Source: Thermoanaerobaculia bacterium
Lineage (GTDB): Bacteria; Acidobacteriota; Thermoanaerobaculia; Gp7-AA8
DNA: 64,000 nt
NCBI GenBank assembly: GCA_041671505.1
Contig: JBAZBK010000014.1
Coordinates: 20,395 to 84,394 of the forward strand
Reading direction: 5' to 3'
Below the pieces are notes generated by a model. It did no database searches. It saw only the letters and a list, made by a program, of their open reading frames with translations, and was not told where the DNA came from. Positions 1 to 8,212 of the stretch are shown here, piece by piece (the first letter of the stretch is position 1; every line of letters starts with the position of its first letter). The translations under genes were made by a program, and so were the position numbers.

Positions 1-561
1 GTCTGTCTCGACTTCGATCGTCCTGCCGCGCGCCGTCCAGGAAAGCACCGAGACGCCGATCTCCACGCGCGCACCGTTCTTCGTCGCGAGGTCGACGTGC
101 GCGCGAACGCACTCCTCCACGTCGAGGTAACCGGCGCGCGCCTCGAGGACGCCGCACATGCCGTCAGGCACGACGTATCCCGGGAATCGCCGCGCGACGT
201 CGCGGCTCGAGAGCCGCTCGACCTCGAGTCCGTGACGCGACGCGCTGCCGAGCACGCCGCTCACGACGACTCCATCTTCCGGTCCGACCTCGAGGAGCCC
301 CGTTTCGTGGCGCAGAGTCTTTCCGTAGCCGGCTGACAGCTCGTCCCAGAGGTCGTACGACATCCGGCAGAGCGGCACGTAGTCGGGATGCTCGAAGTAT
401 GCCTGGCGGATGATTCGAGTTTCGCCGTGCGAGCTCCCGCGATCGTGCGCGACCGGGAATCGGTCGAGCGCCACCGTCGAGACGCCTCGGCGCGCCAGAT
501 GGTAAAGCGCGGCCGACCCGACTCCGCCGCATCCGATCACGATCACGTCGGCGTGTTGCAT
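1..561 (-). CDS. FAD-dependent oxidoreductase, sarcosine oxidase / N-methyltryptophan oxidase family (N-terminal part; gene continues beyond window start)
   Basis: Reverse-strand translation from ATG at 559-561 gives MQHADVIVIGCGGVGSAALYHLARRG..., a classic GxGxxG FAD-binding N-terminus of MTOX/sarcosine oxidase-like enzymes. The frame is open to position 1. The track's 164..904 ORF is a different frame. Confidence 0.7.
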   Translation of the reverse strand, partial: MQHADVIVIGCGGVGSAALYHLARRGVSTVALDRFPVAHDRGSSHGETRIIRQAYFEHPDYVPLCRMSYDLWDELSAGYGKTLRHETGLLEVGPEDGVVVSGVLGSASRHGLEVERLSSRDVARRFPGYVVPDGMCGVLEARAGYLDVEECVRAHVDLATKNGARVEIGVSVLSWTARGRTIEVETD

Positions 562-761
562 CCCTGTCGCTCTCCGCGCATGCGCAGATTCTCCTTCGTT
601 CGCGCCAGGCCGCAGCATGATCGACTTCCAGACTGCAGACAACATCGTGTCGACCGACGCATCGTCCAAAATCGTCGCCGTCGTTTTCCGAATCGTGATG
701 GCGCGCCGGCGACCGGCTGACTACATTGACGTTAGTCAACTTCACGAGACCGAGGAGAGCG

Positions 762-1184
762 ATGACGCGACGCCGCCCCAGATCGAAGGAAAGCACCGAC
801 AGCTTTCTCCCCGAGGCCGAGCTCGAGACGCTCGCGGCACTGCACGAGCTCGGTGAGGCGGAGGCATCGCAGCTTCGCGAGGCGCTCGCGAAGTTCAGGC
901 CCATGACGCACGCGTCGATGGCGACTCTGCTGCGCCGGCTCGAGGAGCGCGGGCTCGTCAGCCACCGGAAGGCGGAGAGCGGAAAGGCCTTCGTCTACTC
1001 GGCGACCGTCAAACCGACGGCTACGTACAGATCGCTCATGAAGCGCGTCCTCGAGCGCGTCTTCCGCAACGATGCGCTCGCCCTCGTCTCGACGCTCGTC
1101 GACGCGAAGCCGCTAAAGGATGACGAGATCGATCGCCTGCGCACCTTCGTCGACGAGCTCGACTCGCGCCGGAGGAAACGGTGA
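762..1184 (+). CDS. BlaI/MecI/CopY family transcriptional repressor
   Basis: Translation MTRRRPRSKES...LETLAALHELGEAEASQLREAL...ATLLRRLEERGLVSHRKAESGKAFVYSATV shows a winged-helix penicillinase-repressor fold. RBS-like GAGGAGAG lies upstream of the ATG at 762. Its stop overlaps the start of the next gene (ATGA). Confidence 0.75.
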   Translation: MTRRRPRSKESTDSFLPEAELETLAALHELGEAEASQLREALAKFRPMTHASMATLLRRLEERGLVSHRKAESGKAFVYSATVKPTATYRSLMKRVLERVFRNDALALVSTLVDAKPLKDDEIDRLRTFVDELDSRRRKR

Positions 1185-2251
1185 CGGCGTTTGCTGCCTC
1201 CTGGATCTCCCATCTCGCCGTCGGCGGCGTGCAGGCCGCGGCTGTGGGGCTTCTCGTGCTCGCGCTCGTCAGGCTCGCGCCACGATCGAGCGCGACGTGG
1301 AGGCACGCGCTGCTCGCGCTCGCTCTCGTCAAATTCGCGCTGCCTCCGATGATCCCCTTCCCGTCGGGCCTCTTCACAGTAATGACACCCGTTGTCCGGC
1401 CGCCGTTCGGGGAGATGGAATCGGCGCTCCGGGGCGGCGAGCTTGCGATCGCGCTCCTCGTCGCACACGTCGTCGGGATGCTCGTGATGACCGGCCGCGT
1501 CGCGCTCGGGTGGCGCGCGTGGCGGCGATGGATCGCCGCATCGAGCCGCGACCAGGAGCTGTCGGAGCTCGCACGCTCGCTGGCGCTCGAGTCGGGCTGG
1601 CGAGGAGCGTCGCCGGAGGTGCGCATCGGCGCTTCGCTTCCCGTTCCACTCGCGGGCGGAGTCCGCACTCCTGTGATCCTGCTTCCTGCCCGGTTCGCCG
1701 GCAGCGCTGCTCGTGAACGTCTGGAGCTCGTGCTGCGCCACGAGCTCGAGCACATCACCCGGCGCGACCCGCTCTGGAATCTCGCCGGGTCGCTGCTCCG
1801 GACTCTCTGGTGGTGGCATCCCGTGCTCGCGCTCCTGTTGCGAGAGATGCGCCGCGTTCGCGAGGAGCGCTGTGACGACGCGGTCGTCTCGATCGCACCG
1901 GAGCGAGCGCGCGACTACGCGCACGCGCTGATCGATCTCGTTCCCCGCGCCGCATCCATCGCCATCCCGCTGCCGGCCTGCGGCGCGACGGGTTCGCTCT
2001 TCGAGCGGCGACTCCGCCGGCTGCTCGACGACGGCGCCGTGCGACGCCCGGCAATCGGACGTGCTGCGCGGCTTGCGATCGCACTTCTCGCGCTCGTGAC
2101 GCTCCCCGGCTTCGGTCTGGCGAGGCTCGACGTCCTGCGCTTCCCGCGACACCAGGGCGGCGCAGCCGTGGAAGGCGCGACGCCTCACGCGCACGACCAT
2201 CGCCATATCCACGGCCCCGCCGGCCAGCCGCCTGCCGCCTCGCAGCACTGA
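1181..2251 (+). CDS. M56 family peptidase, BlaR1-like signal-transducing antirepressor (membrane/protease domain only; no C-terminal penicillin-binding sensor domain)
   Basis: Multi-TM N-terminus, HExxH motif (RHELEHITRRD) and the WWWHP region typical of M56/BlaR1. At 356 aa it is too short to contain the PBP-like sensor domain. Translationally coupled to the upstream BlaI-like gene. Confidence 0.75.
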   Translation: MTAFAASWISHLAVGGVQAAAVGLLVLALVRLAPRSSATWRHALLALALVKFALPPMIPFPSGLFTVMTPVVRPPFGEMESALRGGELAIALLVAHVVGMLVMTGRVALGWRAWRRWIAASSRDQELSELARSLALESGWRGASPEVRIGASLPVPLAGGVRTPVILLPARFAGSAARERLELVLRHELEHITRRDPLWNLAGSLLRTLWWWHPVLALLLREMRRVREERCDDAVVSIAPERARDYAHALIDLVPRAASIAIPLPACGATGSLFERRLRRLLDDGAVRRPAIGRAARLAIALLALVTLPGFGLARLDVLRFPRHQGGAAVEGATPHAHDHRHIHGPAGQPPAASQH

Positions 2252-2311
2252 CCGCTCCCGGGCGCCACGAACCAGCAACCCTGACCTCGATTTCTCATCG
2301 AAAGGAACCGC

Positions 2312-3898
2312 ATGCAGAAAAATGACATTGGTCGATATTTGTTTTTCGCGCTCGTCGCGCTTTGCTGGATCGGAGCAGCGGAGGCGCACGGCGTGCAGCG
2401 CCTCGTGAACGGGCAGTGGTGGAGCGGGGAAGGCTTCGTCAAACGCGAGATGTACTCGGTGCAGGGAGTGCTGCGGACGGCGTGGGACGGGCCGGTCGAC
2501 GCGACGATCGACCTGCAGGGCAAGTTTGCGGTGCCCGCGTACGGTGACGCGCACAACCACCTCTTCGCCGACAACACGCGCGTCGCCGAGCAGATCGTCG
2601 CCTCGCTGCGCGCGGGCGTCTTCTACGTCGCGAACCCGAACAACACGGTGCGCCTCACCGTCACCGCCCGGACTCTCGTCAACACCTCCGAAAGCGTCGA
2701 CGTCATCTATGCGAACGGCGGCCTGACCGCCTCGGGTGGGCACCCGATCCAGATCTACGATCGCCTCGCGCCTCAGCTCGGGTTGACGCCGAAGGAGATG
2801 GAAGACGAGGCGTACTTCGTCGTCGACGACGCGGCGGCGCTCGACCGGAAATGGCCGAAGATCCTCGAAGGGAAGCCCGACTTCATCAAGGCGTACCTCG
2901 AAACATCCGAGGAGTACGAGAAGCGCGCGAAGGACCCTGCGTACTACGGAAAGCGGGGGCTCGACCCGGCGCTGCTTCCGACGATCGTCGCGAAGGCGCA
3001 CGCGTCAGGGCTCCGCGTCGCCGTCCACATCCGCACGCGCAACGACTTTCGCGTCGCGGTCGAGTCGGGCGCCGACTGGATCGCGCATCTGCCGCTCGAA
3101 CGGCTCACCGCCGATGACGCGGCCCTCGCCCGCGAGCGCGGCACCGTCGTCGTGACGACCGTGCTCTCACATCGTTCGCTCGACGGCATCAGCGATGTCT
3201 CGACGATCCACAAGGAGAACCTCGCGCTGCTTCGCGACGCGCGGGTGAAGCTCGCGGTCGGGGTCGACGGCGGGCACTCCGCGGTCGACGAGGTCGACGC
3301 GATCGCGAAGCTCGGCGTTCTTTCCAACTCCAGGCTCGTCGAGTTGCTCGTTCGCGACACTCCGCAGGTCATCTTCCCGAAACGAAAGCTCGGCTGCCTC
3401 GATGACGGCTGCGAAGCGAGCTTCCTGACCCTCGAAGGCGATCCGCGGCACGACCTCGCCATGCTCCGGAAGATTTCGCTGCGCATGAAGAAGGGACACA
3501 TGCTCGCGATCCCCGCGGAAGCTCCGAAGAAGGCCGGCATCGCCGACGCGATCGCTCCGAAGCTCCAGGCAGGAGACGTCGACGGCGCTTTCGCCGATTA
3601 CGCGCGCCTCAAGAAAGAGCATCCCAGCGACTACGACTTTTCCGAGCCGCAGCTCAACGCCCTCGGGTACGCCGCGCTTCAGCACGGCGCCGTCGACGCG
3701 GCAATCCGCGTCTTCGAGCTCAACACGCAGATCTACCCCGGGTCGTTCAACGTCTGGGACAGCCTGGGAGAGGCGTGGAAGACGAAGGGAGACAAGACGA
3801 AGGCGATCGAGTTCTACCGGAAGGCCGTGGAGCTGAACCCGCACTACGAAGCGGGAAAGAAGATTCTCGCGGAGCTGGAGAGCGAAGGGGAGCGTTAG
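2312..3898 (+). CDS. Secreted metal-dependent amidohydrolase with C-terminal TPR repeats
   Basis: Signal peptide (LFFALVALCWIGAAEAHG). HxH metal motif (AYGDAHNHLF) and amidohydrolase-like core. C-terminal TPR-like helices (AIEFYRKAVELNPHYEAGKKILAELE). Confidence 0.7.
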   Translation: MQKNDIGRYLFFALVALCWIGAAEAHGVQRLVNGQWWSGEGFVKREMYSVQGVLRTAWDGPVDATIDLQGKFAVPAYGDAHNHLFADNTRVAEQIVASLRAGVFYVANPNNTVRLTVTARTLVNTSESVDVIYANGGLTASGGHPIQIYDRLAPQLGLTPKEMEDEAYFVVDDAAALDRKWPKILEGKPDFIKAYLETSEEYEKRAKDPAYYGKRGLDPALLPTIVAKAHASGLRVAVHIRTRNDFRVAVESGADWIAHLPLERLTADDAALARERGTVVVTTVLSHRSLDGISDVSTIHKENLALLRDARVKLAVGVDGGHSAVDEVDAIAKLGVLSNSRLVELLVRDTPQVIFPKRKLGCLDDGCEASFLTLEGDPRHDLAMLRKISLRMKKGHMLAIPAEAPKKAGIADAIAPKLQAGDVDGAFADYARLKKEHPSDYDFSEPQLNALGYAALQHGAVDAAIRVFELNTQIYPGSFNVWDSLGEAWKTKGDKTKAIEFYRKAVELNPHYEAGKKILAELESEGER

Positions 3899-3908
3899 GG
3901 CGAGGCGG

Positions 3909-3936
3909 TGTCATTCCGAGCGCAGCGAGGAATCTG
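3909..3936. repeat. Solo arm of the MITE-like palindromic element family (GTCATTCCGAGCGCAGCGAGGAATCTGC)
   Basis: Matches the terminal arm of the elements at 3995-4160, 19150-19292, 41564-41719 and 43348-43515, but no partner arm follows directly. Confidence 0.4.
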
Positions 3937-3994
3937 CAGAAAGAAACTGCCACGAACCGAGTGGCCCACTCCATCCGAGCGGAGCGTGCAGGGT

Positions 3995-4160
3995 GTCATC
4001 CCGATGACCGAGTCCCGCGAAGCGGGACGAGGAAGGAGGGATCTCGCAGGCTGGTACAGATGAAGTTCAATGCTCCTGCTTCTGCTCGTGGCACATGAGT
4101 ACCAGCCTGCGAGGTCCCTCCTCCTTCCCCCGCTTCGCGGGGTCAGTCGTCGGGACGACA
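3995..4160. mobile_element. MITE-like palindromic repeat element, copy 1 (~165 bp, long imperfect inverted repeat)
   Basis: Left arm GTCATCCCGATGACCGAG...CGCGAAGCGGGACGAGGAAGGAGGGATCTCGCAGGCTGGTAC. Right arm GTACCAGCCTGCGAGGTCCCTCCTCCTTCCCCCGCTTCGCGGGGTCAGTCGTCGGGACGACA. A near-identical copy lies at 41564-41719 and related copies at 43348-43515 and 19150-19292. Sits between the amidohydrolase and the tricorn-like protease gene. Confidence 0.7.
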
Positions 4161-4280
4161 GCTCCATCGAGCGTCGCAACTGGCCGAGTCTCTCGGAAAC
4201 GCCGCTCGCAATGCCCTCTGCGTTCCGCCTCAACGCCTCCGCGCCTATACTGCTCGCCATCCAACGACGGAGGCCGCCCG

Positions 4281-7200
4281 ATGAAACGACTCGCCGCGCT
4301 CGCAACCATGCTCTTTACGACGACGCTCGCCGCTGCAGGAGAGCACACGCTCTACCAGGAGCCGACGATGAGCCGGACGGCGATCGTCTTCGCCTACGCA
4401 GGCGATCTCTGGAGCGTCGCGCGCGCGGGAGGAACGGCCGTGCGGCTGACGACCAGTCCCGGCGTCGAGCGCACGCCGCGATTCTCGCCCGACGGATCGA
4501 CGATCGCGTTCTCGGGCGAGTACGACGGCAACGTCGACGTCTTCGTGATCCCCGCGGCTGGAGGCGTTCCGAAGCGTCTGACCTTCCATCCCGGCGCCGA
4601 CGCGGTGGTCGGATGGACGAGCGATGGCACGCGCGTCCTCTTCCACTCGTCGCGCGAGAGCAGCGCCGGTTACGACCGGCTCTTCACCGTCGGCCTCGAC
4701 GGAGGGCTCGCCGAGGCGCTTCCGCTTCCGCAGGCCTTCGAAGGCTCGTTCTCTCCCGACGGTACGCGAATCGCGTACCAGCCGATCACGAAGTGGCAGC
4801 CCGACTGGAAGAGGGCGCACGGCGGGCAGAACGGTCGCATCTGGATCGCCCGTCTTTCCGACTCGTCGGTCGAGAAGATGTCGTGGGACGGGTCGAACGA
4901 CGTTAGGCCCATCTGGATGGGCGACTCGGTCTACTTCATCTCCGACCGCAACAGCGCGACGGGCGCGCGATCGATCTTCGCCTGGAGCCCGGTGACGAAG
5001 CAGATCAGGCAAGTCATGAAGAATGACGGGCTCGACGTGAAATCGATGTCGGCCGGCCCCGACGCGATCGTGTACGAACAGTTCGGCACGATCTTCGTCC
5101 TCGACCCTGCGACCGCTGTGTCGAAGAAGGTCGACATCCGCGTCGACGGCGACTTCCCCGGCGTGCGCCCGCGCTTCGTGTCGGTCGGCGACTCGCTGCG
5201 CTCGCCGCGCATCTCGCCGACCGGGGCGCGCGCCGTCTTCGCGGCGCGCGGCGAGATCGTCACGGTGCCGGCGGAGAAGGGCGACCCGCGCAACCTAACC
5301 AACTCGCCCGGAGTCATGGAGCGCACTCCCGCCTGGTCTCCCGACGGCAAGTGGCTCGCCTACTTCTCCGACGAGTCGGGCGAGTACGCGCTCCACCTTC
5401 GCGACCAGAAGGGGAGCGGCGAGGTGCGGAAGATCGTCGCGAGCGATCCTCCAAGCTTCTATTTCGATCCGGTCTGGTCGCCCGACAGCAGGAAGATCGC
5501 GTATGCCGACCGGCGGCTGAACCTCTGGTACGTCGACGTCGACAAGCGCACCCCCGTGAAGGTCGACACGAGCGAGGTCGGCTTCACCGAGGCGGCGCTC
5601 GAGCCGGCCTGGTCGCCTGACAGCCAGTGGATTGCCTGGTCGAAGCGCACGCCTAACCTGATGCGCGCCGTCTTCGTCCACTCGATCGCCACCGGAAAGA
5701 CGCAACAACTGACCGACGGCATGAGCGACGTGGCGTTTCCCGTCTTCGACAAGAGCGGGAAGTACCTCTTCGTCGCGGCGAGCACTGACATTGGACGCGG
5801 CCTGAGCTGGGCTGACCTCTCGGGCATCGACAGCGTGTCGACCCGCGCGGTCTACGGCGTCGTGCTGCGCAACGACCTCCCCTCTCCGCTCGCGCCCGAA
5901 AGCGACGAAGAAAAGGGCGACGAGAAGAAGAAGGGCGACGACAAGGACAAGGCAGAGGAGTCGAAGAAGAAGGGTGGCGACAAGGAGAAGGCGGACGAGA
6001 AGAAGCCTGAGCCGGTTCGCATCGACTTCGACGGCATCGGTCAGAGAATCGTCGCGCTGCCGATCGCCGCGGCGAACGTGCGGAGTATCGCCGTGGGCAA
6101 GGAAGGGATCCTCTTCGTCGCGGTCACTCCGCCCAACCACTTCGGTTCCGACGCCGAGAGCTTCGATCTCCGCCGATTCAATCTCGAGAAGCGGAAGGAC
6201 GAGTCGTTCCTCTCCGGCATCAAGAACTTCGACATCTCCGCCAATGGCGAAAAAGTGCTCTTCCGCAAGGGGAAGAAGTGGACGATCGCCTCGACCGACG
6301 GGGAGCCGAAGGGAGACGATGGAACGCTCGCGACCGACGCGGTCGAGGTCCGCGTCGATCCACCGGCCGAGTGGCGCGAGATGTTCCGCGACGCGTGGCT
6401 CGCCGAGCGCGACCACTTCTACGATCCGAATCACCACGGGCTCGACATCGAGGCTGCGAAGAGGCTCTACGCGCCCTACCTCGACGCCGTCGCCCACAGG
6501 GCCGACCTCACCTATCTGTTCCGCGAGATGCTCAACCAGCTGACGATCGGGCACCTCTTCGTCGGCGGCGGCGACATCCCCGAGGTCGACAAGGTGAAAG
6601 GGGGGCTGCTCGGCTGCGACTTCGCGATCGAGAACGCTCGCTACCGGTTCAAGCGCGTCTTCGACGGTGAAAACTGGGACCCGGAGCTCCGCGCCCCACT
6701 GACCGCGCCCGGCGTAAGCGTGAAGACGGGCGATTATCTGCTCGCCGTGAACGGGCGCGATCTCGCAGCATCGGCCAACGTCTATGCCGCCTTCGAGAAT
6801 ACCGCCGACAAGCAGGTGACGATCCGCGTCGGACCGACAGCTGACGGCAAGGGCGCGCGCGACGTCACCGTCGTCCCGGTCGACGACGAGGAAGCGCTGC
6901 GACATCGGGCATGGATCGAGGGCAACCGCAGGAAAGTCAACGAGCTGAGCGGCGGAAAGCTCGCCTACATCTACATCCCTAACACCGGGAACGAGGGCTA
7001 TACGAGCTTCAATCGCTATTTCTTCTCGCAGACAGACAAGCAGGGGGCGGTCGTCGACGAGCGCAACAATCAGGGAGGGCTCCTCGCCGACTACGTAGTC
7101 GACTACCTGACGCGACCGCAGCTGAGCGCGATCACGTTCCGTTACGCGACGCGCGACGTTCGCGTTCCCGCGGGTGCGATCTACGGGCCGAAGGCGATGC

Positions 7201-7583
7201 TGATCAACGGCATGGCGGGAAGCGGCGGCGACGCGATGCCGTGGTACTTCCGGAAGATGAAGGTCGGTCCGCTGATCGGCACGCGCACCTGGGGCGGGCT
7301 CGTCGCGGCGAATCGCGGCCCGACGCTCATGGACGGCGGCTACTACACCGCGCCCGACGCCGCGGTCTACGGCCTCGACGGCAAGTGGGACGTCGAAAAC
7401 GCCGGCGTGCCTCCCGACATCGAAGTCGAGCTCGACCCCGCCGCATGGCGCGCGGGACACGACACGCAGCTCGAGCGCGCGGTGCAGTACCTTCTCGACG
7501 AGCTGGTGAAGAACCCGCGCACCGAGCCTGTGAGGCCGCCCTATCCGACGTACGACAGGTGCTGCGGGCTGAACGGGCAGTAG
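4281..7583 (+). CDS. Tricorn protease homolog: secreted TolB-like beta-propeller repeats fused to a C-terminal S41 (tail-specific) peptidase domain
   Basis: Signal peptide MKRLAALATMLFTTTLAAAG at the internal ATG (4281) of track ORF 4095..7583; upstream residues are translated repeat element. Many TolB/WD40-like SPDG/WSPDG blades. Lys/Asp/Glu-rich linker (DEEKGDEKKKGDDKDKAEESKKKGGDKEKADEKKPEP). C-terminal S41 peptidase region. Confidence 0.8.
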   Translation: MKRLAALATMLFTTTLAAAGEHTLYQEPTMSRTAIVFAYAGDLWSVARAGGTAVRLTTSPGVERTPRFSPDGSTIAFSGEYDGNVDVFVIPAAGGVPKRLTFHPGADAVVGWTSDGTRVLFHSSRESSAGYDRLFTVGLDGGLAEALPLPQAFEGSFSPDGTRIAYQPITKWQPDWKRAHGGQNGRIWIARLSDSSVEKMSWDGSNDVRPIWMGDSVYFISDRNSATGARSIFAWSPVTKQIRQVMKNDGLDVKSMSAGPDAIVYEQFGTIFVLDPATAVSKKVDIRVDGDFPGVRPRFVSVGDSLRSPRISPTGARAVFAARGEIVTVPAEKGDPRNLTNSPGVMERTPAWSPDGKWLAYFSDESGEYALHLRDQKGSGEVRKIVASDPPSFYFDPVWSPDSRKIAYADRRLNLWYVDVDKRTPVKVDTSEVGFTEAALEPAWSPDSQWIAWSKRTPNLMRAVFVHSIATGKTQQLTDGMSDVAFPVFDKSGKYLFVAASTDIGRGLSWADLSGIDSVSTRAVYGVVLRNDLPSPLAPESDEEKGDEKKKGDDKDKAEESKKKGGDKEKADEKKPEPVRIDFDGIGQRIVALPIAAANVRSIAVGKEGILFVAVTPPNHFGSDAESFDLRRFNLEKRKDESFLSGIKNFDISANGEKVLFRKGKKWTIASTDGEPKGDDGTLATDAVEVRVDPPAEWREMFRDAWLAERDHFYDPNHHGLDIEAAKRLYAPYLDAVAHRADLTYLFREMLNQLTIGHLFVGGGDIPEVDKVKGGLLGCDFAIENARYRFKRVFDGENWDPELRAPLTAPGVSVKTGDYLLAVNGRDLAASANVYAAFENTADKQVTIRVGPTADGKGARDVTVVPVDDEEALRHRAWIEGNRRKVNELSGGKLAYIYIPNTGNEGYTSFNRYFFSQTDKQGAVVDERNNQGGLLADYVVDYLTRPQLSAITFRYATRDVRVPAGAIYGPKAMLINGMAGSGGDAMPWYFRKMKVGPLIGTRTWGGLVAANRGPTLMDGGYYTAPDAAVYGLDGKWDVENAGVPPDIEVELDPAAWRAGHDTQLERAVQYLLDELVKNPRTEPVRPPYPTYDRCCGLNGQ

Positions 7584-7585
7584 CG

Positions 7586-8059
7586 ATGCCGCAGCCGGCG
7601 CGATTCGTCGACGAGAAACTGACCCTCACCGAATTCCTCGACGAGGTGCTCGTCGTCTGTCCACGCTGCGGAGCGTGCGCACCGGTGAGGCCGGAGCCGG
7701 GCGGCGATGGGGCGATGTTCGCGCCGCGGCGCCTCGTCTGCGTCTCCTGCGGCCTCACGCGACGGATCAAGGCGAAGACGGTCACCCTCGGCGCTCGCGG
7801 AACGCCGCGCGACCCCTGGTTCGGCGAGCCGCTCTGGCTCCGCGCAAGCTGGGGGCGCAAGACGCTCTGGGCCTACAACGCCCGGCACCTCGCATACCTC
7901 GAGGCGTTCGTTCGCGCCGGGCTGCGCGCGCATTCGCGCACGAACCCGCGCTGCTCCAACTGCAGCCTCATCAGCCGACTGCCGGCCTGGATGAAGGAAG
8001 CGGGAAATCGCGGGCGGATTCTCGCGATGATCGCGAAACTGCGCGCGACGTTAGGCTGA
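7586..8059 (+). CDS. Hypothetical protein with CxxC...CxxC zinc-ribbon-like N-terminus
   Basis: ATG 2 bp after the tricorn stop, in frame within track ORF 7241..8059. Translation MPQPARFVDEKLTLTEFLDEVLVVCPRCGACAP...LVCVSCGL. Coding-like GC3 bias but no family recognised. Confidence 0.45.
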   Translation: MPQPARFVDEKLTLTEFLDEVLVVCPRCGACAPVRPEPGGDGAMFAPRRLVCVSCGLTRRIKAKTVTLGARGTPRDPWFGEPLWLRASWGRKTLWAYNARHLAYLEAFVRAGLRAHSRTNPRCSNCSLISRLPAWMKEAGNRGRILAMIAKLRATLG

Positions 8060-8070
8060 TGCGCAGTAGT

Positions 8071-8196
8071 GGCCACGGCCTCTGGCCGTGGCGCGGAGGC
8101 CGGAGGCCTCCGCCACGAGGGGCCGCTCGTAGCCACGGCATCGCGATCGTGGCCACGGCCTCCGGCCGTGGCGCGGAGGCCGGAGGCCTCCGCCAC
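8071..8196. repeat. REP-like tandem: two copies of a 48-bp double-hairpin unit (GTGGCCACGGCCTCYGGCCGTGGCGCGGAGGCCGGAGGCCTCCGCCAC) separated by ~30 bp
   Basis: Each unit has two 9-bp-stem/3-nt-loop hairpins (GCCACGGCC/GGCCGTGGC and GCGGAGGCC/GGCCTCCGC). Lies between convergent genes (7586..8059 + and 8213..9739 -), so likely a bidirectional terminator or REP. The GGCCGGAGGCC core recurs in the lysC-upstream duplication. Confidence 0.6.
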
Positions 8197-8212
8197 TACG
8201 GACCACTCGCGG

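Noticed and set aside
164-904. Long minus-strand ORF (246 aa) and similar Arg/Ala/Pro-rich ORFs in the track, e.g. 995..3001, 5295..7460, 11530.. extension, 19899..20846, 22715..24310, 24875..26860, 30603..32330, 45485..46289, 47062..49911, 47312..49915, 53190..55955, 57769..60177.
   Set aside because: These are off-frame or antisense to recognisable genes and encode low-complexity R/A/P/G-rich peptides. Open frames of this kind are expected by chance in ~70% GC DNA. The real genes lie in other frames with domain signatures.
4095-4280. N-terminal extension of the tricorn ORF (MSTSLRGPSSFPRFAGSVVGTT...), also seen at 41651 (VSTSLRGPSSFPRFAESVVGTT).
   Set aside because: The same peptide at two loci is the translated MITE-like repeat. 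The true starts are the downstream signal-peptide Met or GTG.
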